A stretch of DNA of 61,593 nucleotides, filler included, from Hausera hauseri (GCA_046269625.1; 10 parts of 10 records of this genome joined end to end with filler, not necessarily neighbours in it); one strand, 5' to 3'. Counted from the first letter of the whole stretch, positions 38,301-50,789 are shown. Numbers and translations are program-made. Notes: a model not told the origin generated them from the letters alone.

Positions 38301-39460
38301 TTGCTCCACTCTCATATGCGTGTCCTCGATATCCTTTAAGTGCTCTTCTTCCGTTTTTGATGCGATTCAAGTACGCAAATGCGTGTTCCCGTCCCATCAA
38401 CATTTTGTTCATTATTCGTGTAAAGATGGCTGGTCAGGTAGTTATCCCAAATGGCATAACGTTAAATTTGTATACCCCGTCGTGTGTTTTAAATGCAGTT
38501 TTATACCGGTCTTCATCCTCTATTTCCATTTGCCAATATCCAGATTGAAAATCTTGTGTGTTAAACCATTTTGCTCCGTCGAGTCTATTCAGGACTTCTT
38601 TTATTGATGGTAATGGGAAGGATTCCTTCATCATAAGGGTGTTTAACGCTCGGTAATCGATACAAGGTCGATGTTTTGTAGTACCTTTCTTTTTAACCAT
38701 AAGTATGGGATAGTACCAAGATCTATAGCTCGGCCTAATTACGTAAGCCTTAAGCATACTTTCCACTTCCATTGTTATCTCGGGTCTTACAAGTGCGGGA
38801 AAGATACCATTTGACATCCTTTGATCTTCTAGATCAATTTCATCATTCGAACCAGGCTTTTTCTTAAGTGGAATTGTTAATCTCAAGGCTTTAGCTCTAC
38901 AAATGTCTTCATCGTCTTTAGTGATGACTGAGCTATAACGACAAAGTAGTTCGTAAAACGACGGTATGATTCCGGTGAGAATTTAGTTTTGACGTGAGGT
39001 GGAAATGCAGCACATTTGTAAAGTTTTTCTTTAATAGTTATCGACTATACTCTATACGTGTGACACAAGGTGGTATTGGCGTACAATTTGATTGGGGTTG
39101 GCGCGTTATTAGCTATTCTGATCGGCACATGATACGTTGACACTCATTAATACATTACTGAGTACAATGCTTGGGTTTAATGATTCTTTTGGCTCAAAAT
39201 ATACCGGCTGGTCGTCATCTTGACGGATCTGAGCATGTATTAACATTTCAGTTTTAGGTAGAATGTTTTCATCCACTGGAGTCCATACTTCTCCAACTTT
39301 TCTATCTTTGATATTTTTAACTCCTTTTATCGGACCAAGTTCTATTAATTTTCGCACATGAAAGTCTATTGATACATTTGGTAGTTGTCTCAACAGATCA
39401 TATCCTAATACATCATCCGTTAACTATTCCATTACTCAGAATTCATAGTGAAAAGATTGT
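35391..39460 (-). mobile_element. pol: Decayed Ty3/Gypsy pol (RT, RNase H, integrase) with a 3' extension
   Basis: RT: RPCIDYRALN, GYWQM, KTAF..MPFG. RNase H: TDASKEGIG, NYSVTELE, VTDYKA. Integrase: ISMDIVGPLP, YGPPEQILT. The RT-RH-IN order is Gypsy-type. Confidence 0.95.
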
Positions 39461-39689
39461 CCCATTATGTGTGTGAGGATATAATTGAGAACAGAAGTTC
39501 TAAATTTAAATTAGAAACATTTTTAAATTTAAATTGAGATTCCAATTTGGAATTGGTTAAAAAATTTAATTAAAATTAATTAATTAAAANNNNNNNNNNN
39601 NNNNNNNNNNNNNNNNNNNNNNNNNNNNNNNNNTTAATTAATTAANNNNNNNNNNNNNNNNNNNNNNNNNNNNNNNNNNNNNNNNNNNN

Positions 39690-40457
39690 GAAATTCTTAA
39701 TAAATGGCGTCGTACTTATTTTCGAAATACGTACGTAAGCACCGATGTTATATTTTGGGCGTTTAATTACCTCTTATCCTCGTGTTTGGTTTTTATAAAG
39801 CCACATGTCCAAATCGTCGACTACGTCAACCGGGCGCATTTCGTTGATTTCACGGTGTGTAGAATGATTGTATGCATGAATAATATCCGGCAGTACATCT
39901 GCCAGTGTTTGTTGCCTTGCTTCATAAAGAATTTGTTTAGACTACCGCGCTATGTTCAATTAAATTGTTCAAAGAGTGCAGCCTTGTATTAAAAAAACAC
40001 CGAGTAGTGGTTTACGCCAAAACGTTTCAAGACCGCTGTAACGTGGGCGTTGTAGAATTCCTTACCGAAATCCGTTTATAAATGCTTCGGCTGTTTTTGT
40101 TTTTGTTGTATTAGTTTTTAAACAGCGTCGGCAATCTCTACTATATTTAGATTTGGCGAAAATTGCACGTACAAAACAACTAAACACATCAATACATGTC
40201 ATCACGTACCGATACCCATGGTTGATGCTGGCGTACGGAATCATTTCCATCAGATCCATTTGCCATATATTATTTACACCGGCAGCACGGTATGAAAGAG
40301 TTGAAAACCGCATTCTTATCGGTTTGTTTAGACTGTATGCTAACTGTGTCTCGAGCCAACGTTGGATCTGTTGCCGAGTCTGTTTGACAGTCTTTGCCAG
40401 TTTGTCGACGCTAGTATGCCCAACGGGATGACGTGGGTAGAACCACACATCGCCCAT
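39690..40457 (-). pseudogene. int: Polinton rve-type integrase, frameshifted
   Basis: IWQMDLMEM..YASINHGYRYVMTCIDVFS, followed by DFGKEFYN, GVNHYS and KAALFEQFN. Confidence 0.92.
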
Positions 40458-40607
40458 CGTTGTTGCCGTCGATAGTGTCGGTTTTGCTGATTGCATTACA
40501 ACAATTAGAACGAAGAGTAAATGAAAGATTGGGTAAACTGGAACAGCAAGATGAAAACCATGCACCCATATTGCCGAATAATTATATACTTACCATCATC
40601 GTTTATA

Positions 40608-40937
40608 CTATGATGTTGTTGCAGAACCAATGAGTTCACCTAGTAATGACGTGACAACCGGTAGAATTGCACCAAGGAATCCGCCGTCTTGCTGGTCCAT
40701 AACCTCTCGTTTCAGTCGTTTACTACGGGCGTTGACAAGGCCAATGAGTCGTTTTCGATACTTTAGTAAATTCCACTTTCCACTACCAATGTCAACGTGA
40801 CCCACAACGATATTTTACAAAATTTCCATCAAATCGTTTACTACAAATTATGGGAATGATCATACCATGTTTCGCTTATGTCTCGTAGATGCCTTGAGCA
40901 AAGCAATAAAGTACTACTGATTACGTTTGGGTCGCAT
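40608..40937 (-). pseudogene. Polinton small basic protein with a C-terminal GGFL amphipathic helix (adenovirus protein-X-like)
   Basis: Ends QQDGGFLGAILPVVTSLLGELIG and lies between the ATPase and the integrase. Confidence 0.7.
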
Positions 40938-41199
40938 TCTTTTTTGTGGACGTATTGATATTGATGAGACGTAGTTGTTTATAACCGTTGGCAGTGTGAC
41001 AGTAATTTGCGTCTAGTTTCTGCTGCTGTTTTTGTTGTTCGAAGCATAGAATTGATTAATCGCTTGACTGTAACGGCGGTTCTTTTTGATGCACGTTCCT
41101 TGCCGGGCACCCGCTTGGTAGGTTTACGTTTAATAATTGTTTTTCGGAAATTCTTTATTGTATCACTATCGTGTCGTCGATTTTTGAATTTGTTTATAG

Positions 41200-41815
41200 A
41201 CACATACACTTTCTGATTGAAAATGTTTGGTAGTACACGCATGTAATCGGGACACTGTTGTGTAAAATCAATGAACAAGTGGCTCGGTCGTAGCATCATG
41301 ACATGCATCTATCAAACAGGCTCGGTTGTGAGGAAATGCTTGTCGTGCAACATAGTCAGTGATAGTCTGATCACGGGGATTTTTGAACAACACCACATAG
41401 CGTGCGTTTAGATTTCTTGTCGATGCTCTCCGTCCTGATGGAACATGTTTTTTGTAATGAAAATAACTGTCACACCACAGTGTTGTGCAATCTTGATGAA
41501 CAGGTTGTAGAAGTCCGATTGTTTCGTGGCTTCCTGAAATAAATCGTCAATGAGAATAACGTCACCGTTGCATAATCGTTCAGATCAATTCTCATCAAAC
41601 CCATCAATTACCGTCATCGATTTCAGTATACAAAATTCCCGATGTGTCAAACCGGATTCACCATAGTCACCAACATCCTGGTGCCAGTAAATGTGGTTGT
41701 ACCGCGGTGAATGGAACACGTCACCGTAGTTCTGCAATAGTTTACACACAAAGTGCGTTTTGCCACTTCCACTGGGGCCTACAATCTGGAAAATTTCAGC
41801 ATTCTGCAGCTTCAT
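41200..41815 (-). pseudogene. Polinton DNA-packaging ATPase (A32/FtsK-like)
   Basis: Walker A IVGPSGSGKT, Walker B VILIDDL, then VTVIFIT, NARYVVLFKNPRD and HLFIDFTQQCPDYMR. Contains stops and frameshifts. Confidence 0.93.
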
Positions 41816-41911
41816 CTAAATAGTAATAATAATACAACATTTTCTCAACACATGATTTGTTTTTAATCGTGTTACACGCATATAAATAGCTATAGTATAA
41901 ACACTGTTTCC

Positions 41912-42360
41912 ATAACGTTAGCTAATATCAACTATCACGGACATGTTACTAAGTGTGGCATTAACACACTACCGTTAAATCAATGGAAACTGAGGCAGTA
42001 TGTCCTCAAGTGTCCACTGGATTTTACATTCATCGTATTTCAATCGGGAAAGTGTCGTATTATGGGTTGTCTCAAACCTATCACAGCTGATAAACTGCTC
42101 CCATCCGGAATTGTCATTGATCAAATTCAATCAATAACGGTAACGACTCAGTTAGACTACCAAACAATCAATCTGTACAAATTAGCAATGGCCACTGAAT
42201 GTACGTATGAACCCGAACTCTTTCCTGCATTGACTGACATTGTTTTGCCCACTATGTGTGAATGTGTTTAGCAGAAGAAAAATTATTGTACTCGGTATTT
42301 GAACAGTGGATCATGAATCGATTATTAATCAAATTAAAAACCACATAAATGTTTTAGTGA
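41912..42360 (+). pseudogene. TATA-binding-protein-like gene (two TBP repeats) inside the Polinton-type contig
   Basis: TLANINY...FIVFQSGKCRIMG (repeat 1); IQSITVTTQL..TINLYKLA...YEPELFPAL, frameshift, CVNVFSRRKIIVLG (repeat 2). Compare TBP IFSSGKMVCTG, YEPELFPGL and IFVSGKVVLTG. The start appears mutated to ATA. Confidence 0.8.
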
Positions 42361-42428
42361 AGCAAAATAATGTACATTGCACAACAAACTATAAATACCA
42401 TTCCCATGCTTATTTAGACATTACTGCC

Positions 42429-43087
42429 ATGGAAGAAGACGAAGACAAAAAGATTCTACTCAAATATGATTATGGTTGTGCGAATGATGAAAGTTCAGAT
42501 TGGTCGTGGTTGTTTGGCCACAAAAAAACAATTCTAATGTCAAATATCTGGAAACGAAAACAGAACCTGTCTAAAAATTAGAAAAACCTTCTAATGGCTA
42601 TTGTCTGGAATTTGCAGCAAAACCGACGGTAAAAAGAGAAACGGCCATGATTGAAATACGTAAACGAAAATCAAAACCGTCGCACCAAACATGGACATTT
42701 TTACCGAAACGAATTTTTCGCAAGTATGAAATGAATTTTCTGAAAACGCCCGTTCGGATTTCATTGAATGATTCCGTATCTCTATGTGAACTCAAGTACA
42801 GCTATCGTGTAAAACGGCTTTTGGGTGAAAATTTGGATAAACTTTCTGATGCTCTACGTCAATTAAGCGTGGATTTAAAGTTGAACGAAATGACTGTGCA
42901 ACAGCAATCTGTCAATTTTCCAGCGCAGAAAACAAAATTTTTTGATTTTATCGAGCGCGAAATGCGTAATGTACCCTTTGATGATTTAAAGTGTCGACTG
43001 AATATAGAATTTCAAGGTTACAAGGAAAAATCCGGTATCAAAAGCACGAATTGGCGTTTAGCTGAAGCACATTTTAATTTTCAATAA
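42429..43087 (+). CDS. Polinton-associated protein of unknown function (homolog of 12665-13126); 5' part disrupted, 42647-43087 open
   Basis: 146-aa ORF, TATAAATA at 42390, AATAAA overlapping the stop codon; aligns to the contig 2 ORF. Confidence 0.65.
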
Positions 43088-43179
43088 ATTTTATTGTTTC
43101 GTTTTACCATTCTTCTTCTTTCATCAACCCCATTAATGAGTATAAATATACGTGTAATTTTAATATTGGTATAAGAATA

Positions 43180-43640
43180 ATGATGATGAATGATGTAAAG
43201 ATTATCTTAACAAATGTAAATGCCATTGTACCGAGACATGTTACAACAGCAGTGCAGGCTACGATGTGTTTTGCAATATCAATACGACAATTTCGGAAAG
43301 CACAATCAAATGCACAACGAGTGGGATTCGATTGGTGATTTCATCCCGTTACGACGGCCAACTTTTATCGAAAAGCGGACTGGCAAAACTCAAACTGACG
43401 GTTGTGGGCGGCGATGTCATTGATTCAGACTTTCGTAGTGAAATTAAGGTGTTACTGGAAAAGCAATCCGGGGAACCGTGTGCTTTTTCGAAAGGCAGTG
43501 CAAACGCACAAATCGTTTTTCTTCGCTGTGAAGAGGCAGAATTCAGTGTAATGTCACCTGAACAATAGGAGTTGTTTTGTGTCAATAAAGCAACAACAAT
43601 GTGAAATGAACGCAAAGAATTTGGCTTTGGTGACATGAAA
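43180..43640 (+). pseudogene. dut: Trimeric dUTPase, decayed
   Basis: Motifs SAGYDV, KSGLA, DVIDSDFRSEI, ANAQIVF and a degenerate motif V (RKEFGFG); has a frameshift and stops. Confidence 0.9.
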
Positions 43641-43737
43641 AAACCACCTATGTTTATTGATTGTGATAATAATAATAATAATAGTTAGTTGTTTTGTTTG
43701 TGTTATAAACAAAAAATGATTTTGTACATGATAAATA

Positions 43738-43795
43738 ATGGCGACAGGATTTATAGATATTGAAGCTTTCCAAGATGATAATGCCCGGTACATAA
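43738..43795 (+). CDS. Start of a possible DEDD-type exonuclease ORF, cut by the contig end
   Basis: MATGFIDIEAFQDDNARYI contains an hhDxE motif; only 19 codons are visible. Confidence 0.35.
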
Positions 43796-43895
43796 NNNNN
43801 NNNNNNNNNNNNNNNNNNNNNNNNNNNNNNNNNNNNNNNTTAATTAATTAANNNNNNNNNNNNNNNNNNNNNNNNNNNNNNNNNNNNNNNNNNNN

Positions 43896-43970
43896 TGGCG
43901 CGGGCGGCTTCGCAATTATGGGGTCACCGTTTGCTATGAAGCCGAGACCGTATCAAACAAACAAACAAAC
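43896..43970 (+). repeat. 3' end of a retroposon with a (CAAA)n tail; same family as 48981-49411
   Basis: Nearly identical to 49334-49411 (GGGCGGCTTCGCAATTATGGGGTCACCGTTTGCTATGAAGCCGAGACCGTAT). Confidence 0.85.
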
Positions 43971-44189
43971 AATGATAGGCGAGAATCAGCAGCACAGGAC
44001 CAGACTGCATGGCACACATTTCTTCCAACAGCAGATGAGAAATGTAGAAAACATTACAGCAGAACAGGCGAGACAGGCTAGGAAAGCACATGAATTGAAA
44101 TCTTCACTTGTAGGAAACATACCTTATCAACATTGCTCAGTATCTTTCTGGTTCCGTGTCTGTCTCACCAGTTTCATTCATTATTCTGG

Positions 44190-44365
44190 TCCGTGATGTA
44201 TTTGCTACTTTAATCTGTTCCGTGATGTATTTGTTACATTAATCTGTTCCGTGATGTATTTCCTACATTAATCTGTTCCATGATGTGTTTGTTACATTAA
44301 TCTGTTCCGTGATGTATTTCCTACATTAATCTGTTCCGTGATGTATTTCCTACATTAATCTATTC
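44190..44365. repeat. Minisatellite, 29-bp unit (CCGTGATGTATTTGTTACATTAATCTGTT), about 6 copies
   Basis: Directly visible. Confidence 0.9.
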
Positions 44366-44814
44366 CAGTTCTTGGTCTTGTTATGTTTATATTTTGATCG
44401 TTGTGCGCTGAGTACAGACAGTGTTTTAATTGGAAGAATGTTTCTAAATAGGATGGCGTTTTGTATGCAGCTATGCAGTATTTGATAGACATAAATTAAA
44501 ATCTTGATAGTAGAAGAAAATTTTGACAGGGAGAATGTTTAGTAAGGAAAGTATTTGTATTCTCTCTGTGTGTTTCTATCTAAATAAATCAGATGCATCG
44601 CTCTCTTTTGGAGAGATACAAGCCTCTTCAAGGCAGTAGAATTACCACGACTCCAAACGCTGGAACAATAGGAGAGGTGGCTTTGTATATGTGCATGATA
44701 AAATGCTAATCTAAAGTTAAGGCATAAGAAGTGCTTAATTTTCGATAACTGGTAAACATTTTGGGCTATTTTCTTTGTCGTAAAGAAAATATGTGGCTTC
44801 CAGCTTTAGTCAGG

Positions 44815-45087
44815 GCCAGGACAAACATACTGGCCAAGACCTGTCATAACTTCCAAGTAGTGTGTCCTGGAAACAGAAGCAATTCTGGCCAACGATGGAA
44901 GGATCGATCATGACCCCCAACTGAGATGTGGATCACTAGGAGCTCAGGCAATGCAGTACAGCCTGGAGGAATAGGTTCCGCTGGGGCAGAAGGAATGCTC
45001 AACGCAACCACTCCTTCTTAGGACAGCCCTTATAAGAGCTCATCCACAGAGCTCCTCGGTGATGAGATCACACAACAACAACAACAA
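44815..45087 (+). repeat. SINE/LINE-tail-like repeat with a (CAA)n end; diverged copy at 49412-49812
   Basis: Shared CATACTGGCCA..ACCT...CCTGGAAACAGAAG.AATTCTGGCCAA...GGATCGA...GTGGATCACT and GCTCATCCA..GAGCT...CAACAAC. Confidence 0.75.
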
Positions 45088-45089
45088 AA

Positions 45090-45560
45090 TCTTATAAAAC
45101 GATTGGCAAGCACCAATTGGGGAGCCAATGAGCCCACACTACGACAACTATACCTGGAATATGTACGCTCTGTCATGGACTACTCCGTGCCATTGCAAGC
45201 CACTGCCAATCAGACCCAGAGGAACATGTTAGACCGCATTCAGAAACAAGCACTCCGATTAATTTACGGAGGCCTGCGATCTACTCCAACAAATGCGTGT
45301 GAGATTTCTGCCAATGTTGAACCCCTAGAACTGAGGAGAGAAAGGGCAGTTATGACAACAGCAGAAAGAGAAAAGACAGAGACGATCCTTGCAAGAAGAT
45401 TGTAGCTAACTACGAACGCAGATGACGAATCTAGAAAAATTCTTTCACGCAAAGATATAAAGAGTTATCAGAAAAGCTTTACCTATCAGAGACAAGAATG
45501 CCAACAATACATGTACCTAATCTTCCATGTCACAAGGAACTAAGAAAACCAATAATAATG
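45090..45560 (+). mobile_element. Non-LTR retrotransposon ORF2 fragment (I-group-like, RT thumb region)
   Basis: LASTNWGANEPTLRQLY..YVRSVMDY...LDRIQKQALRLI.GGLRSTP. Confidence 0.88.
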
Positions 45561-45666
45561 AGTAAAAGGCTCTTATAAGATTACATGCTTTACTTACAAA
45601 GGAGAAACAAGACACAGAAAAGGGAAAAAAAATAAATACGCATAAGGCAGAAAGTGAAATTCATGC

Positions 45667-45970
45667 ATCATCATCATATCATCATCATCATCATCAGGTG
45701 CCATGCTGCAAGCGTAGGCTGTCATGGATCTCCAGTTCTCGCGATTCCTGATGTCCCCAATCATCTCTGCTGTTGACCTACATCCGAGCTATTTTTTCAA
45801 ACCATCCAGACACTTCATTCTTTGCTGACCACAGCTTCTGTTTCCTGGTATTTTGCCTGTGGTGACCAAGTTCTCCAGACCTTCTCTTCTTAAAATATGG
45901 CCAATCATAGACGTTTGTCTCTGATCTTACTGATAATTGTTCTTTCTGCATCTGCTTCTTGTAAAACATC
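45667..45970 (-). mobile_element. RTE-clade LINE 3' end with a (TGA)n tail
   Basis: Minus strand reads GHILRREGLENLVTTGKIPGNRSCGQQR...RENWRSM, followed by (TGA)n. Confidence 0.8.
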
Positions 45971-46244
45971 TTCAGATATCAAATTCGCAAAGTTTCAATG
46001 AACGTTTTCGCCATGTAGCACACCACCGTGACATGCAGCATGGTCTGTTTAATACAGAAGCAAGCTCCAAATATTTAAGGAGTTAAACATATATACATAT
46101 CTGAAAATAGGGTAGTGGAGATGGTCTCATGTAGGCAACAGGAATGAACCTTCGTGTATATCGTCTCACAATAGTTTTCTTTCATTTGGATACAAATATG
46201 CGAGTTATGGACATGACTGTAATAAGAGCTGTTATTGATCTAAC

Positions 46245-46488
46245 GTCGTCCGCGGTGGCCGAGTGGTTAGTGCACTTCGCTGCCGAGTCTAGTGGCGCGG
46301 GTTCAATTCTGACCGCCGGACCTCAGGTTCACCCAGCCTTAATTGGGTGCCAGGGTAAAACCTGGGAAACTAATGCGGCGAGATAGATGGTGGCGTTTCT
46401 ACTCACAAAGATGAAGCCTAGAAAAATGAAGGCACTAACACTTCATTCCCCTACGGCATCCACCAAAGCTAAGGGAGTGGTTTCTTTT
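46245..46488 (+). mobile_element. tRNA-derived SINE with a Nin/Deu-like central domain and a target-site duplication
   Basis: A box TGGCCGAGTGG, B box GGTTCAATTC, core TTCACCCAGCCTTAATTGGGTGCC. Flanked by TATTGATCTAAC (46233-46244) and TATTCATCTAAC (46489-46500). Confidence 0.85.
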
Positions 46489-47618
46489 TATTCATCTAAC
46501 ACCAAGCTCGCGAATTACAAATGAATGTCAAAGTAAGACTTTAATTTGAGAGTGAAGACTCGTATAGTATCTTGTACCTATTTAACGTGATACAGTTCTT
46601 GCAAATTATGGCATGACACAGGACCAGGTTAACTAATGCAACTCAAGCTACAAACAAAAAAATCAGTCCAAGGTCTTTGAATGTTTTTGATTGGGTAATG
46701 TAATTACGTGTCTGATGCTAACCAGGTTTCATTTAAGAAACATGGTGCTCTAAATAGAATGATGTATTTTTATGTATTATCTAACAAACAGATGTAAGAT
46801 AATGAAAACTAAAGGATTTCAAAGCGGATGAATGATTGGAAGCGAACGATATTTTCTCTCTCTAAACAAACTCGACCATCACAAACAGATTCGAATTGTT
46901 TCAAAAATAGCTTTAAGGGTGGATAATATGAAATATTTATCAAATCAATTAAATGCAACAACAGACGGGCATCAGAAGTAAAGAAACACAGAATATTAAC
47001 TAGTTTTGTCTGTTTTAAGAAACTGAGGTGAGATAGTCTTTAGTACATTCGCTTGTCGGTCAAATAGCCATGACTTTATTCCAAGATATGGCAGGATCAT
47101 TTTTGTGTAATGCTTGAGGGACCCACCCGACCTCAGACATTCTGCGTTATGCTGAGAATATAACCCAGCCATGTGCCAATATTTAAGGTAATGTGGACAC
47201 TAACTCGACATTCCATTACACACATTTAGGCGAAAATGAACTTTGCCTAATTATTTACGCTGTAAGTTTCAGTTATTTCACATTAGACAAAGAGAGACCA
47301 TGAGACATGTTAATGAGTACATTAAGTCATATTCCAAATGTTGGTGACTGGTTTTCAAAATGTTGAATGTAAAAGGTATATTTGTTTTGTATTTTTTCCC
47401 CCATAATGTTGCTTGTAACAGGCATACATTTTTAATTTTTTTTTTTTTTTTATAAAGTTGAGTATGAAAGATTAAATATAATATGAAAGATTAAACAAAT
47501 ATTGTCTTCATGTTGAACACAAAAGATATATTTTTGGTAATTTATTTTCACAATTTTGAATATGAAAGATATTTTTGAGACATGCAAAATGTACCTTTCT
47601 GAAAGCACCCATAGGTTG

Positions 47619-47785
47619 AACATAACACCACAGCCAACATTCCAACCCTAGAACATACCACCACACCCATCATTCCGGCCATCGAACATAAAACCACAGC
47701 CAACATTCCGGCTCTCTAATATAACACCGGACCCAACATTCCGACCCTAGAACATACCACCACGGCCAAAATTCCGGCCCCAGGA
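47619..47785. repeat. Minisatellite, 33-bp unit (AACATAACACCACAGCCAACATTCCGACCCTAG-like), about 5 copies
   Basis: Directly visible. Confidence 0.85.
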
Positions 47786-48980
47786 TGAAGTCAAGCTTAG
47801 TGTAGTGTATCCCGTTTTTCGTGAGACTTGCCTTGTAACTCCGAGACTTCATCAAAGACTTTACAGTCAGTTTATGTCCAGCATGACGCGCCAATTGAAA
47901 ATAATGACACTCGCAGCTATCACAAAGATACAGCGATCGCAATTCCATGTAAAATAACATAAAACAAAACAAATACGAAACAACTCCTTCCAATGCTGTT
48001 TTTGGTTACTATTCAAGGTTAACACTCTAAACTGGTATTTCAGTTGAAATGTTCAGCCGAACTGAAATTCAGTGAGTTGCTGTTCTATCTCCACAGGAAG
48101 GTTGGCAATGGATTCTTGCATCGTGGATCGCCTATCCAGTCATACTTGGCGATCGTGATGAATGGCAAATCAACCTGACATTAGAACCCAACGCCTGCAA
48201 ACAAATGGATGCCGAATTCAAACTGTGTCCGCTCAACCCTGAGTTTAACCCCTATTGCCGAGTGTGCCCAGGAAACTCGCCACTGTGTGAGAGTGTGTCA
48301 AGGAAAGTAACCACCCTGTGATACAGTGCCTTGATCCAAAAAATCACAGCCGTTAAGCTATGCTGTTCTAAGAAAATGGAAAGATAAAGGAGCTAACAGA
48401 GAAAGGAGTTATTTGACCAAGAAAAGAGAGCGAATTGCTAAGAGAAAACATACCGTGGAGAAACACAATTGCCAACACCTACTATCGTCATTATCAAGTG
48501 CCATGGTGGTCGGCGTAGGCGATCATGTCTCTCCACGGAATACAGACTTCAGTTTCTCAAATCAGTTCATCCAACTTCTTCGACTACAGGAACTTCTCAT
48601 TTCAAGATTAGATGAACTTGTCATTTACCTTCCTCGACTAGAAGAACTTGTCATTTACCTTCCTCGACCTTTTTTGATGTGCTTTTACTTCAATGAGAGC
48701 GTCTTGGTTGCCAACCGTTGGTTACTTTGTCAAATGTCTTTCTTGTGTTTCTATGTAGTGCTGCATGCACGTCAGACATTAGCTGTATCAATACACCAAG
48801 TAATAAAACTTAACCGCTTTCACACAGCCTGTCCCACAAAGCTGATAAAATCAAATGACAAGTAGTGAACTGCAGAATGGTAAAAGCTCATAGTGTGGCA
48901 AAAATGAAAGACGTTTTATGGATATATTCAAAACCTCAATGAAAACCTTTAACATAAATGTGACAAACAATGATAGGCGG

Positions 48981-49411
48981 AAGGCATCACTTCCGGTTCA
49001 ACATGGCGGAAGGACCCGTCGCACCAGTTGAGCTGTGCAGTTGTAGCCATTTTCCTGTGTGTCGACCGTGTCAGTTTCGCTGTGTTCCAGTTTGGAGGCC
49101 CGGTCTGGCGCCGGAGCTACTGAGATAGTGCTCCTGGCGACGCTGCGAGCTGTGGTTGTCGCATGGATGATCCGCATGTCCCCGCTATCGACAATTGGTT
49201 GTTTTGGTCCTCTTCCGTTGGCGCCTTATAGCTGCGGCTGTGTGCAGCCTTCGGATGGTGGATTTCGAGATTTCCGATTTGAACATTATTGTACTTCACG
49301 TGGGACAGTGAACGATTTTCTGTGTGGATGCTACTGGCACGGGCGGCTTCGCAATTATGGGGTCACCGTTTGCTATGAAGCCGAGACCGTATAAAACAAA
49401 CAAACAAACAA
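48981..49411 (+). mobile_element. About 430-bp GC-rich retroposon with ETS-like (CACTTCCGG) and YY1-like (AACATGGCG) motifs at its 5' end and a (CAAA)n tail
   Basis: Motifs at about 48988-49008; its 3' end recurs at 43896. Confidence 0.6.
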
Positions 49412-50619
49412 ACCAACATACTGGCCATGACCTTTCAACACTTCCTCGCAGTGCATCCTGGAAACAGAAGAAATTCTGGCCAATGTTGGGAGGATCGAAA
49501 TGGTCCCCAGTTGAGAGGTGGATCACTTCCAGGAGGCCAGGCATTGCACTAAAGCCTGGAGGACCTCGGTCCATCTCCTATATACCACCGGAATGACAGG
49601 AAAACTTTTCGTAGTTAAGAAATGATTGTTATTTGAAGTAGGTATGATACACGAAATCATAACTACTCCGTGGCGAGCAATCACGTTGCAAACTTTAATT
49701 CTACAACAAGCTGAGCTACCCTCATCCATAGTTCTTGTTAGGACTGAAGCAGCTATTCTCAGGGCTCATCCAGAAGAGCTAAAGCTGGTGATGTGTAGAT
49801 CAAACAACAACATAAGATCAAAAAATCAAACACAGAGTGGTTTTTTTTTGCCTACTGGTTTTGTCTTCAAATAGTCGAAGCGTATCTGGAGGTAAAACAA
49901 CCGTCCAAGTGCTAGAGGTAAAGGGTTCAAATCCCAATGGAAACACTTAAGATTTTTTCTTCTCCTAGATCTTCTAGTAACTAGTTTCCGTTTACATGGT
50001 CGTCTATTTTAAGAATCATTTGGTGCAGGTCTAAACTAAAGAAGATGTTGACTGCAAAATTATCTTGTATGCGTGTGCGTGTGTGTGATTTATTAAAATT
50101 TCACACATCATATTCCCATATACGTACTGCAGTACCCCCCCTGCACATTTTACGGTACTCTGTCAGTTTTCTTTTTCAGCATTTCTTCTTAGCACTCTCT
50201 AGTATCTATTTATTTTTTTCATTATTTCAGTTCATACATAATAGTGCCCAATACATCAGTGTGTATCTCTCCAATTGTCAATATCCTTTCGTTCCGTAAT
50301 ATTGATTAGGTTTTGTTATAACTTCTACATGTGATCCTGTAAAACCATTTAAGTCATGTCTGATACATGCGTCATTTTAATAAGTATTGTTTGTTAAAGT
50401 ATTTGACAGCCAAAGCTAAGATAAGTCAAAATAATAGGGGAAATATTGTAAATATATGTTCTAAGATGGACATAGCTCAACAGACTCTCACGATACGGAA
50501 CAAAATGATGACGGACTNNNNNNNNNNNNNNNNNNNNNNNNNNNNNNNNNNNNNNNNNNNNTTAATTAATTAANNNNNNNNNNNNNNNNNNNNNNNNNNN
50601 NNNNNNNNNNNNNNNNNAC

Positions 50620-50763
50620 TATGGTAGATCAGGAGCGAATTGGCAGTAAGAACCACCAGCTAATGACCATCACATCAAAAAAGAAAGCACTGGATCCCTT
50701 TGATGATAAACGACATTGGGTTGATAAAAACCACAGTGTCGCCTATGGACATTATTTGTGTAA
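50620..50763 (+). pseudogene. polB: C-terminus of a second Polinton-type protein-primed PolB
   Basis: RIGSKNHQLMTITSKKKALDPFDDKRHWVDKNHSVAYGHY. Confidence 0.85.
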
Positions 50764-50789
50764 ATAACTTAAATAAATTTCTTATGCCT

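Larger units (their letters stand above)
41881..43148 (+). promoter_or_regulatory. Repeated TATAAATA boxes (41881, 42390, 43141), each 31-39 nt upstream of a gene start
   Basis: Same spacing before the TBP-like, unknown and dUTPase genes. Also at 12622 (43 nt before 12665), and TATATAA on the minus strand at 58067-58073 before the PC4-like ATG. Confidence 0.6.

Noticed and set aside
46245-46320. tRNA gene
   Set aside because: A and B boxes are present, but the sequence continues into a SINE body with a TSD and no convincing cloverleaf.
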